Source of the DNA: an uncultured Chloroflexia bacterium
GTDB taxonomy: Bacteria > Chloroflexota > Dehalococcoidia > DSTF01 > WHTK01
Assembly: GCA_963768705.1 (NCBI GenBank)
Contig: CAVYJE010000028.1
Coordinates: forward strand, 4,523 to 68,522
Length of the DNA: 64,000 bases
Direction of reading: 5' to 3'
Of this stretch, positions 18,443-29,950 are shown one piece after another; position 1 is the first letter of the stretch; every line of letters starts with the position of its first letter. Both the position numbers and the translations under genes were made by a program. The notes under the pieces are model-generated. The model did not search any database. It was not told the origin of the DNA and saw nothing but the letters and a program-made list of their open reading frames with translations.

Positions 18443-19744
18443 TCAAAGCGTGTGAGGCTCAGGCATCACCGCGTTCGCCCTGCGAGGTGTCGAGAACATC
18501 AGGCCGATGCTGGCAACGACGCAGCAAAGCCCAAAGACGATGAAAATGCCAACATAGCTGCCGCGCTGGTCGAACGCAGACGCCACAATGAGGGGCGCGA
18601 CCGCGGCTGCCAGCGTTCCTATCGCTGATGAGTAGCCCACGAGCGCTCCGACGATCTCGCGGCCGAAGTAATCCGGGTACGCCTGAGCGCGGAACTGCAG
18701 TGAGCCGGCGACCGCAATCCCCAGCAGGATGGTGGTGGCATAAATCGCGATCAGCGACGAGGGCAGTGCATAGGCAATGATGCTGATGCCGTACAGCATC
18801 GCCCAGGCTACCAGGGCCTTCTGAAGTCCCGTGCGGCCGACCCAGAAGCCCCAGACAAAGCGCCCCATGACTGCTCCGAAGCCGTAGATGCTCACGGCAA
18901 TGGCCCCTTCATCCAAAGAATGTCCCTTGCTCTGAACGTAAGAACTCATGTGAATGAAGATCGAGGAGGCGGGGAGCATGGTGAGGGTGAACCCTGCGGT
19001 AAGGAGCCAGAAAGACCTGCTCCTCAGCGCTTCGGCGAGTGTCCAGTCGTCTGAGCCTGCCTGCTGATTGGGATCGGTGCCATCAGTAGGAGAGGCGTCA
19101 TCGTCCGTGAGTCCATCAGGCTTCAACCCGAAGTCCTCTGGACGTCGCCGGACCGCCATCCAGGCAAGCGGAGCAACCGACCAGGCCAGAAAGCCCATGA
19201 CCACCCATACTGCACGCCATCCGAACTCGTTGGCGACAATAGCCATCGTGGGTGCGAGGACAAGGCCGGCTGTCGCTCCGCCGAAGGTGTAAGTGACGAT
19301 CGCCCGGGTCCGGTGCCTGATGAACCAGGCCGAAATGGCAGCCACGGGTGCCACCGTCGAGAGTCCGGGGAAAGTCAGGCCAAAGACCGCCCAGATCACG
19401 TATGGCTGCCAGGCTGCCTGAACGAAGGCCAGAGCGAACAGGCTGGTCCCCGCCACTGCCGCGCTCAGCGTCATGAGCAACCGAGCACCGTGCGTATCGA
19501 TGTAAGGTCCGGCGATGGCGCCCGCGAGCCCACCTGAAAGGCGCGCTACCAGCAGGACGCCGACGATGGCCGAGCGGCTTGCTCCCAGGTCGTCTTGCAT
19601 TGGTATGAGGAGCACACCGAAAACCCAGCCGCTCGCGCCCGTAGAGCTGAACTGCGAGAGGTAGGCCGCCGCGACGATCCACCAGCCTCGATACACAGCA
19701 GTCCCTTTCGTGGCACCACTGTAAGGAGTGGGCGCGAGTTGCAC
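18443..19744 (-). CDS. MFS transporter
   Basis: 433 aa with about 12 TM helices and a central hydrophilic loop (RRRPEDFGLKPDGLTDDD). Confidence 0.75.
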   Translation of the reverse strand: MQLAPTPYSGATKGTAVYRGWWIVAAAYLSQFSSTGASGWVFGVLLIPMQDDLGASRSAIVGVLLVARLSGGLAGAIAGPYIDTHGARLLMTLSAAVAGTSLFALAFVQAAWQPYVIWAVFGLTFPGLSTVAPVAAISAWFIRHRTRAIVTYTFGGATAGLVLAPTMAIVANEFGWRAVWVVMGFLAWSVAPLAWMAVRRRPEDFGLKPDGLTDDDASPTDGTDPNQQAGSDDWTLAEALRSRSFWLLTAGFTLTMLPASSIFIHMSSYVQSKGHSLDEGAIAVSIYGFGAVMGRFVWGFWVGRTGLQKALVAWAMLYGISIIAYALPSSLIAIYATTILLGIAVAGSLQFRAQAYPDYFGREIVGALVGYSSAIGTLAAAVAPLIVASAFDQRGSYVGIFIVFGLCCVVASIGLMFSTPRRANAVMPEPHTL

Positions 19745-20123
19745 TATCGGGCGTCAGTCTGCCCTCGTGGGCCACGCTGATCATCTCCAGCTGCGACGTC
19801 GTTGGTTCAGCTTCCAGTCGCTAGGTGACGTTGCTGATGATTTCACCGTTGTCTTTCGCGGAGTGTTGGATCGCCAGCATCGTGAGCAGGGTGAGGATAC
19901 CTCTTGCGTACTCGCATGTTTCATTTGTGTTACTGTTAGTTAGGTCCTCTTGCACTGGCTGCCCTCGTGCCGATTCAAGAGTCCCACCGACAAGAACCTA
20001 AGCCTTGCGATTTCCTCCGGATTCAGTCGTCTTTTCGCCTCTCCCCGGGACCTCGTTGATGCCCCTGGTCTCCGACATCGGTACCGGAAAGCGTCCCTTT
20101 GGGACTATGAGAGAAGAGAATAC

Positions 20124-20435
20124 TTGAACATTTACGTTGGAAATTTGAGCTTCGATACGAGTGAGAGCGACCTGCAGGCGGCATTTGCCAACTACGGCGC
20201 TGTCTCAACCGCTCGAATCGCTACAGACCGCGACACCGGTCGTGCCCGCGGCTTCGGCTTCGTCGAGATGGCCAGCCAGCCTGAGGCCCAGGCGGCAATC
20301 GCCGGCCTCAACGGCACCGAGCTTCAGGGCCGCACGCTGACCGTAAACGAGGCCAAGCCTCGTGAGGATCGCAGCTCCGGTGGCAACCGTGGCGGCGGTT
20401 ACGGCGGTGGCGGTGGCGGCGGCAACCGCTGGTAA
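20124..20435 (+). CDS. RRM-type RNA-binding protein with Gly-rich tail
   Basis: (M)NIYVGNLSF (RNP2) and RGFGFVEM (RNP1), with the tail RSSGGNRGGGYGGGGGGGNRW. The in-frame TTG at 20124 gives the canonical MNIYVGNL start. The upstream part of ORF 19950 is probably a 5' leader. Confidence 0.8.
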   Translation: MNIYVGNLSFDTSESDLQAAFANYGAVSTARIATDRDTGRARGFGFVEMASQPEAQAAIAGLNGTELQGRTLTVNEAKPREDRSSGGNRGGGYGGGGGGGNRW

Positions 20436-20482
20436 GCGCTCCCCAGAGCGGCCGAGCGCCGCACTAAACCAATCGCAACGAG

Positions 20483-20520
20483 GAGGCCGGCATCAGAGGG
20501 AGCCGGTCTCTTCGTTTGCT
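20483..20520 (+). terminator. intrinsic terminator after the RRM gene
   Basis: GAGGCCGGC-(10 nt)-GCCGGTCTC forms 9 bp including one G.U, followed by TTCGTTTGCTT. Confidence 0.55.
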
Positions 20521-20757
20521 TAGCGCTATCAGCTCAGTCCGGCGCCATCCTTGCACGTGATCGGTAGAGAACCAGGGTCGCCGTCCGTCCTGCGGAGGGC
20601 CAAGGCCCTACACCTGCTATGCTTGCAAAACTAAGGCACAGGCGATCGATGGTCTGCCTCAGCCCAGCTTGTCAACGGATCAACCTTGCTTTCGATTTTC
20701 CCTTTCGCTTGCACTGACTGACCTGCCTATCACTTGACCCAGGAGGTCAGTAGAAGA

Positions 20758-22254
20758 ATGACGTCGCGTACCCCTACCAACCAACCCCGAACTCGAACAG
20801 ACGGCGGCGCCCGGCAGGGCCGGCAACGGCGACCGTCGGTGAGGCATGCGGGTATATGCGCCGGCTGTGGCGCGTCGACCACGCTTCCCTTCAAGCCGAC
20901 GGCCGAGCGGCCCGGCTACTGTTCTCCCTGCTTTGCAGACCGGAAGCCGGCGCCCGCCAGGCAGCGGCAGCTGGAGCAGACACCCAGGCCTGTAGTGGCA
21001 CGCTCCCGCCCGGAGCCGGTGGAGGAAGAACACCCCGAGGTGTTCGCCGGGCTCGAGCTGCGCCCGCACACACGATCGGCGCTGAACCGCATGGGCATCA
21101 CTTTGCCTACGCCGATCCAGGAGCAGGCCATACCCTGGCTACAGGAAGGCCGTGATGTCGTCGGGCAGGCACAGACGGGCTCGGGCAAGACACTCGCCTT
21201 CGGCATCCCACTTATCGAAAATTGCACGTCTTCGGCGAGAGGTGTGCAGGGCCTCGTGCTGGTGCCCACCCGCGAGCTGGCGATTCAGGTCGCCTCGGTG
21301 CTGGAGGCTGTGTCGGAGCATCGCGTGACGATCACGCTGCTGTACGGCGGCCGCACTTTGGGTGGCGAGAAACGTGCCCTTCAGAAGGGCGCCCAGATCG
21401 TCGTCGGAACGCCCGGCAGGACGCTCGATCACTTGCGGCAGGGCAACCTGTCGCTGCGTACGTTGCGTACGCTCGTGCTCGACGAGGCGGACGAAATGCT
21501 CGACCGCGGTTTCGCGCGAGACGTGGAGTCGATCCTCGCGGAGACGCCGACCGAGCGTCAGACGGTGATGTTCTCGGCGACGCTGCCTGAGTGGGTGGCC
21601 AAGACCTCCGACAAGCACTTGCGGGACCCGAAGACGGTACGCGTGATCGCCGATGAGGCCGACGCGCTGAAGATCGAGCACCTTATCTACAAGATGAACA
21701 CGGAAACAAAGATGCCGGCGTTACGCACCTTGCTCGATCAGCGCGGCGACGCACCGATTCTGGTTTTCGGCAAGACCAAGCACGGCGTCAAGAAGCTCGC
21801 GCTGCAGCTTGGAGGGTTTGGTTACCCCGTGACGGCGCTCCAGGGCAACCTGAGCCAGAATGCCCGGGAAAGGGCGATGGAGACTTTTCGCTCCGGTGCG
21901 ACACCTGTACTGGTGGCGACCAACGTCGCGGCGCGCGGCCTGGACGTCGATGGCATCTCCCAGGTGATCAACTACGACTTGCCGGACTCCTTACAGTTGT
22001 TCACACACCGTGTGGGCCGCACGGGCCGCATGGGCAAGAGCGGCGAGGCGATCACCTTCGTCACGCCGGACGATGAACCGAAGTGGCGTGAGATTGCTCG
22101 AGGACTGGATAAGCAAATCGCGATCCGGCGTTGGGGCCCGAATGGGCCGGAAGAGGCTGGGCCTTCGCGGTCGTCTGGTGCGGTCGCAACTGCGACCAGA
22201 GACTCACGCCCGGCGACGGCCTCGACGGCAGAACGCCGGCCGAGACCCTGGTAA
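20758..22254 (+). CDS. DEAD-box RNA helicase with N-terminal CxxC...CxxC zinc-ribbon-like segment
   Basis: CAGGAGG then ATG 20758. Motifs: PTPIQ (Q motif), AQTGSGKT, PTRELA, TPGR, DEAD, SAT, ARGLD, HRVGRTGR. The N-terminus has CAGCGASTTLPFKPTAERPGYCSPCF. Confidence 0.88.
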   Translation: MTSRTPTNQPRTRTDGGARQGRQRRPSVRHAGICAGCGASTTLPFKPTAERPGYCSPCFADRKPAPARQRQLEQTPRPVVARSRPEPVEEEHPEVFAGLELRPHTRSALNRMGITLPTPIQEQAIPWLQEGRDVVGQAQTGSGKTLAFGIPLIENCTSSARGVQGLVLVPTRELAIQVASVLEAVSEHRVTITLLYGGRTLGGEKRALQKGAQIVVGTPGRTLDHLRQGNLSLRTLRTLVLDEADEMLDRGFARDVESILAETPTERQTVMFSATLPEWVAKTSDKHLRDPKTVRVIADEADALKIEHLIYKMNTETKMPALRTLLDQRGDAPILVFGKTKHGVKKLALQLGGFGYPVTALQGNLSQNARERAMETFRSGATPVLVATNVAARGLDVDGISQVINYDLPDSLQLFTHRVGRTGRMGKSGEAITFVTPDDEPKWREIARGLDKQIAIRRWGPNGPEEAGPSRSSGAVATATRDSRPATASTAERRPRPW

Positions 22255-22523
22255 TCGAAGAAGAGGCGGCCCGTCGCGTGGCGGACCCGCATCCCGCACG
22301 ACTGCCACGCCGTCAACGGACGCATCGGCGTCCTCTCGGCCGAGGTTCAGGCGCTGAGATTAGGGTTGACCTCGAGCTGGCGCTAACTCAGGGCGCACGC
22401 TTCAGCGGTACACATTGGCTTCATCCTGTCACTCGACGCCTCCTTCCACTCGTGAGGCTATAATCCGGCCAACCTGGGCAGGCGACCAAGTGCGCCAGGG
22501 TTAGGTATCGGAGGAGGCGAGAG

Positions 22524-22910
22524 ATGCCGGCGTACACCTACGACCACATCCATCTACGTACGCGCGACCCACAGGCGATGGCGGACTATTTCCACCGCGT
22601 GTTCGATGCGAACATCCTGGAGTCCGTGCAGTCTGATGGACGACCCAGAACCGACCTCGATCTGGACGGCTTGCTGATTTTCATTGCGCCTGTTGCGGCC
22701 GATGCGGATATCGAGTCCAGCCCACGCGATCCTTATCTCGGCCTGGATCACTTCGGGCTGCGAGTTGCGAACGTCGACGATACTGTTGCCGAACTGAAGC
22801 GCCGGGGCGCGGAGATTGTCGACGAGCCGAGGACCATACGGCCCGGTGTGCGGATCGCCTTCGTTCGCGCGCCTGACAACGTTCGAATCGAGCTCCTGGA
22901 ACGGACCTAA
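22524..22910 (+). CDS. VOC/glyoxalase-family protein
   Basis: YDHIHLRTRD...GLDHFGLRVANVDDTVAELKRRGAEIV...RIAFVRAPDNVRIELLE. GGAGGAGG RBS. Confidence 0.7.
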   Translation: MPAYTYDHIHLRTRDPQAMADYFHRVFDANILESVQSDGRPRTDLDLDGLLIFIAPVAADADIESSPRDPYLGLDHFGLRVANVDDTVAELKRRGAEIVDEPRTIRPGVRIAFVRAPDNVRIELLERT

Positions 22911-23233
22911 TGTGCCACTGGCATATCGTCAGGAATAGGCTGACTCGCCTTTCGCGGGCCTCTGCCTAGCGCACGCTCTCCCGCCGCCGCCTCTTCATCT
23001 ACTCGAAAGGCCGGATGGCGAGCCACGCCATCATGAGCGAGCCCTCATCTCTTCCTTCGATGCGTGTGAAAGAATACGGAGGTCATGCGAACAGCAGACC
23101 TCAGCGTCGAAGGTGCGGTGCCGGCGAGGCGTTCTGGCCGCCCGACCTTCTCGAAGCTCGTGCCGGAAGCCCCTCTGGTGGTCCGCGAACCACGACTGGC
23201 GTTTTCTCGATCCGAGATTGGTGACGCGGACCC

Positions 23234-23680
23234 GTGATGAGCGAGTCGGCACGCGTCCGCATGCGCCGGATCGTGTTCGTTGGCGTGATCGTCCTCCAGT
23301 TGGCGTTTGTCGTCCGTGCTTATTCGGCGCCGCACAAGGAGTTCGGGTTCCAGATGTTCCCGGAGGCGAGTTCCTGGCAAGCCCAGATCGTGCGGGTGAC
23401 GGCGGACGGCGACAGAGTGCCGGTTGACCAGCCATGGTTCGGCTATGAGTGGAACGTGCTCGTGCCCGATCGGGGGCTGTCGTCGCCCTGGCGTCGCCAT
23501 CACGCGGACGCGGGGCTCGACAACCAGCTTGCGTTCCTGAAGGAGGCGCTTGCCTGGGTGGCGGAAAACACACCCCGCGACCCGGAAACTCGCTACTTCG
23601 AAGCGACGGTGACGACGTGGTTCAACATGCGAGAACCCACCACCACGGTGTTTCGCAGCCCTGACCGAGACTTGCCATGA
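23234..23680 (+). CDS. membrane-anchored hypothetical protein, partner of the HTTM gene
   Basis: N-terminal anchor RRIVFVGVIVLQLAFVV. Its stop overlaps the HTTM gene start (ATGA). No motif recognised. Confidence 0.5.
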   Translation: MMSESARVRMRRIVFVGVIVLQLAFVVRAYSAPHKEFGFQMFPEASSWQAQIVRVTADGDRVPVDQPWFGYEWNVLVPDRGLSSPWRRHHADAGLDNQLAFLKEALAWVAENTPRDPETRYFEATVTTWFNMREPTTTVFRSPDRDLP

Positions 23681-24590
23681 TCGAGCGCTTCGATCGTTTT
23701 CTCGGCCAGCAGGTCAGCATGCGCTCGCTGGGCATCGTGCGTGTGCTCGTCGGCATGGTCGCCCTGATGCACCTCAAGCCGTTTGTCACGGATGCCCTGC
23801 GCGGCTACACCTACCAGGATCATTTTCATCATGCCTACGTCGCGTGGTACCCGGACCTACCCGAAGTCCGCATACGCAGGCTTGCTGGTCATCGGCTGCC
23901 TCGCGGCCGTCGGGATGAGTCTCGGGTTGTGGTCAGGCCTGACGACCAAGGTGACGTTCGGCGTGGTCGCCTACAACCTGTTCCTCTCGACAACCCACAT
24001 GCACAACAACCGCGCCTATCTGGTGATCGTGCTGGCGCTGCTGGCGGTGGCGCCATGCGGACGAGCGCTGTCGGTCGATTCATGGCTGCGAAGACGGCGA
24101 GGGCAGGACGCCGGGGTCCAAACCAGCGCTGCATGGCCACTCTGGCTCCTTCGCTTCGAGTGCGCGGCGGTGTACGGTGCGTCCGGCTTCAGCAAACTAG
24201 TCGACCCGGACTGGTTCAGCGGGACCGTGACGTGGGGGAGGATGATCGCTCAGGAGGCAGCGGTACGCAGCTCCGTCTTGCCGGCTTTCGCTGCCGACCT
24301 GCTCCTCGACCGGTCTTTCCATACTGTGGCAGCGAAACTGATTATCGGCACAGAGCTGTTCATCGCTGGCGGACTGTGGTGGCGACGGACGCGGCGGTTC
24401 GCCATCCTGGCGGCCGTTGTCTTCCACGTTTCGATTCAGCTCACCGCCCAGGTTCAGGTCTTCTCCTATCTCGCTCTTGGCGGTGCTGTTCGTCTGGGCG
24501 GACCCGGCAGTGCCGTGGCTGCGGATGCCGACTCGCAGGTCGCCACGCATTCAGGATGACCTCTCGAACGCCGCAGATGCGCCTACATGA
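23677..24590 (+). pseudogene. HTTM-domain (vitamin-K-carboxylase-like) membrane protein, frame break about 23857 and probably a second about 24479
   Basis: ORF 23677 (FDRFLGQQVSMRSLGIVRVLVGMVALMHL...HHAYVAWYPD) continues in the +1 frame as ORF 23783 (YPKSAYAGLLVIGCLAAVGM...HMHNNRAYLVIVLALLAVAPCGRALSVDSWL...). The hydrophobic tail LAVLFVWADPAVPW reads in the next frame again, ending at TGA 24588-24590. Confidence 0.6.
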
Positions 24591-24822
24591 CGTGACGAGT
24601 ACGAGACGCAACGCTGGTGCCCTCTGACGCCCACGGTGGCCTCGGAGGCGCTCGGTCACTCCGTTGTGCAGGCCGTCGTCCGTGGTTGTACCTGCGTCAT
24701 CAAGGGCTGCCGCGAGCCCTCAGGCTGCCCAACAGGCGTCGCGTCGTCCTCGTAGTCTCTTCCATCCGACTTTCTCCTCGGCCGGGAAGCCCTCACAATC
24801 GACAGGAAAGTGAGGCAGAAGC

Positions 24823-25107
24823 ATGCCGAAGATCACCATCCGCAATATGGACGACGTTCCGTCGCCGAACCACGCCACAAAGGCTGTCCGCGAAGCACAG
24901 ATGGAGTACGAAGGGTTCCTCCAGGCGATCAATAGCGATGTTGGTGAGCTGGAGCTTTCGCCTGCCGAGCAAGTCCGTGGCGTAAAGGTCAGGCTTCGCC
25001 GCGCTGCGACACGCCTGGGGAAGGACATCGACATCTGGGACGTCGACGGCCGTGTCTACTTCCAGCACGTGACCAAGCGTGGACGGCCAAAGAAGACGGA
25101 CGAGTAG
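24823..25107 (+). CDS. hypothetical protein (94 aa), basic C-terminus
   Basis: MPKITIRNMDD...YFQHVTKRGRPKKTDE. Balanced composition. No motif recognised. Confidence 0.4.
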   Translation: MPKITIRNMDDVPSPNHATKAVREAQMEYEGFLQAINSDVGELELSPAEQVRGVKVRLRRAATRLGKDIDIWDVDGRVYFQHVTKRGRPKKTDE

Positions 25108-25202
25108 CCTAGCCAGGCACGAGACCCGACTCTCAGCTGTGACTGAAGAGCGTACGTCGCCAGTTAGGGAGACGGAGCGCGCCCATTGCTACTACGGACT
25201 CG

Positions 25203-26162
25203 CTAGTGCGAGTCGTAGTACTTCTTGGCGCCGGGGTGAAGCGGAAGGCTAAGGCCCGCTTCACCGGATTTTGCCGTCAGATCTGCCAGACGACCGCCAT
25301 CGAACACGTCCAGGTGGTCGTACAGGTCAGCGAGTGTCGCCTCTACGACTTCATCCGGAACACCTTCACGCGCGACTAGCGTCGCCGTCACGGTCACCGT
25401 CGGCACGTCACTTTCGACGCCCGCGTAACTGTTAGCCGCGATGACACCTTCGCTGTAGAAGCTGTACTTGGCGAGGAGCTTTTGCTTTGCATCGCCATCC
25501 ACCGGCACGAAGGCCAGGGCCTGCTTGGTCGCGAGGTCGTTGATCGCCGGCGTGCCGAGGCCGAAGGTGAAGAAGGCCGCGTCGATGTCGCCCGTGCCGA
25601 GGGCGGTGACCGCATCGGCCGCGCTGAGGTGCTCGACCCGACCGAGGGCGTCCATGCTCAAGCCCGCCGCCTCGAGGATCTGGCGGGCGTTTTCCTCGGT
25701 GCCCGAGCCTGCCGCGCCGACCGCGACGGCCTTGCCCGAGAGGTCGGACAGGGAAGCGACGCCGGAATCAGCCAGAGCCACGATCTGCACGTATTCGGGG
25801 TAGAGCGCTGCCAGACCGAGGATCTGGGGGATCGGCTTCTCGAAACCGAGGGTGCCTTCGCGAGCATACTGGGCGATATCGCTCTGGATGAGGGCGAAGT
25901 CCGCGCTGCCGTCGGCGAGGGCTCGTGCGTTCTCTGTGGACCCGCCTGAGGTCTTCACGGTGATGCTGAAGCCGTCCTCTGCCTTGTTCGCAAGCCCGGC
26001 GATGGTCTGAGCCGTGGGGTAGTAGACGCCGCTCTCTCCACCGGAGAAGAAGACGTACTCGTCAGGGTCGTCACTGCCACAGGCGCTGATGAGCGCGGTG
26101 ACGACTAACGTCATGCCCATCATCGCCGTGAGAAACAGGGCCCGCTTCGAGATTCCTGGCAT
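25203..26162 (-). CDS. TAXI-family TRAP-type solute receptor lipoprotein
   Basis: Lipobox LISACGS. GGESGVYYPTAQTIAGL...TSGGSTENARALADGSADFALIQSD...PEYVQIV. Confidence 0.75.
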   Translation of the reverse strand: MPGISKRALFLTAMMGMTLVVTALISACGSDDPDEYVFFSGGESGVYYPTAQTIAGLANKAEDGFSITVKTSGGSTENARALADGSADFALIQSDIAQYAREGTLGFEKPIPQILGLAALYPEYVQIVALADSGVASLSDLSGKAVAVGAAGSGTEENARQILEAAGLSMDALGRVEHLSAADAVTALGTGDIDAAFFTFGLGTPAINDLATKQALAFVPVDGDAKQKLLAKYSFYSEGVIAANSYAGVESDVPTVTVTATLVAREGVPDEVVEATLADLYDHLDVFDGGRLADLTAKSGEAGLSLPLHPGAKKYYDSH

Positions 26163-26387
26163 GTGTTCTCCTACGTCTTTGCGATGCGGCTAACAATCGA
26201 GCGCCGGCATCTGGGTACGGAAGCGTCTGGGTACCCTAATGTTGTCGGCCGTACGCAAGCGCCCGTGTAGGTTCGCGCAGTCGAGCCGCCGCGTCAGTGA
26301 ATGAGGTCTGCGAAGAGCAGGCACGCTCGGGACAGTCTGACCGCACAATTTCGTCACGGCGTGACTTGAGCACGGAGGTGTCGCCAG

Positions 26388-28697
<2,310 letters not shown>

Positions 28698-28776
28698 TTC
28701 AGCATCAATTCTTCTGCATCGATTCTAAGGTAGTGTCGGCTTGCGAATGCGGCTGACGAGGCGCTGGCTTCGAGGC

Positions 28777-29094
28777 TCATTCAGGCTCCAGCGAGCACTT
28801 GAGGGGATACTCGTACTCGCGCGCCAGGGAGTGGACCTGAGAGATCTTGGCTTCGGCCGTCTCGAACGGGAACAGCCCGGCGATGCCGATGCCCCGCTGA
28901 TGGACGTGCATCATGATCTGGAAGGCCGTTTCGTGGGGGTGGCGAAAGATGTTCTCGAGGATGAAGACGACGAACTCCTGGGTCGTGTAGTCGTCGTTAT
29001 GCAGGAGAACCTTGTACAGCGGCGGCCGCTTCGCCTCATCGCGCGATTCGGTGGCGACATCGCCTTCCTGCTCCTCCGGCCGTCTCTGAGTCAT
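28777..29094 (-). CDS. clpS: ClpS adaptor protein
   Basis: PPLYKVLLHNDDYTTQEFVVFILENIFRH...AFQIMMHVHQRGIGIAGLFPFETAEAK. Start taken at MTQRRPEE (29094). Confidence 0.88.
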   Translation of the reverse strand: MTQRRPEEQEGDVATESRDEAKRPPLYKVLLHNDDYTTQEFVVFILENIFRHPHETAFQIMMHVHQRGIGIAGLFPFETAEAKISQVHSLAREYEYPLKCSLEPE

Positions 29095-29170
29095 AAACCC
29101 TTCTTCGACTGTATTCGCTGGCTTCGGCGCTCGCAACTGAGGTGAGTCTGACGGCGTTGCAGTCGGCGCG

Positions 29171-29915
29171 TTAAGGCGATGCAAGCTCCGAAGCGCGAAG
29201 CTCGTCGAACCGCGCCGTCCACGATCCGGGCGGAGCCGGTATCGCCGTGAGCTGCTCGACCAACGCCGTGAAGTCCTGGCGGGGCATTCGCTCGGCGCCG
29301 AGGCTCATGAGGTGAGGGTTCTCGACTTGCGCGTCGATGAGGGGATAGCCCCATTGGGCGAGTGCGCGCGCCAAACCCGCCAGAGCGACCTTCGAGCCGC
29401 CCGATTCGGCGCTGAACATACTCTCCCCGAAGAACATGTGCCCGATGGCGACGCCGTAGATCCCGCCGACGACGACGATCGCCATCGAACACCTCGACCG
29501 AGTGCGCGTGGCCCAGGCGATGCAGCTCCACGTAGGCTGCCTGCATCTCCAACGTGATCCAGGTCCCGTCTTGCCCTGCCCTGGGGATGGACGCGCAGGC
29601 TGCGATGACGGCATCGAAGGCTGTATCGGCTCGCACCGTCCAGGTTGAGTTGCGCAGGGAGCGGCGGAAGCGGCTCGATAGCCTCATTGCGTCGGTGCGG
29701 AAGACAACGCGAGGATCCGGTGCCCACCAGAGGATCGGTTGGCCGTCCGAGTACCAGGGGAAGACGCCGTGCTGATAGGCGTTGAGAAGCCGAGTTGGCG
29801 AGAGGTCGCCGCCCACTGCCAGCAAACCGTCCGGCCAGCGCATCGCCCGGTCGACGGGAGGGAATGGAGCTTCGGGGTCCTCAGGCAGCAGGTGGAGGCG
29901 CCGGTTCATGACCAT
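29171..29915 (-). pseudogene. aat: leucyl/phenylalanyl-tRNA-protein transferase, frame break about 29483
   Basis: ORF 29091-30245 (from MVMNRRLHLL at 29915) carries LLNAYQHGVFPWYSDGQPILWWAPDPR...HSVEVFD. The protein continues in the next frame as ORF 29171-29614 (AIVVVGGIYGVAIGHMFFGESMFS...PLIDAQVENPHLMSLGA). Confidence 0.8.
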
Positions 29916-29950
29916 AGCGTAGCTTGCTGCCGCGACGTTGTAGCTGCCTG

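Noticed and set aside
22440-22470. TATAAT hexamer (about 22458-22463) as the promoter for the VOC gene at 22524
   Set aside because: There is no acceptable -35 element at 16-18 nt spacing and no TG extension, so a single hexamer is not sufficient evidence.
23234-25107. SdpA/SdpB/SdpC-type toxin-maturation cassette
   Set aside because: The HTTM protein is SdpB-like only at the domain level. I cannot recognise the upstream protein as SdpA, and there is no secreted SdpC-like ORF downstream.
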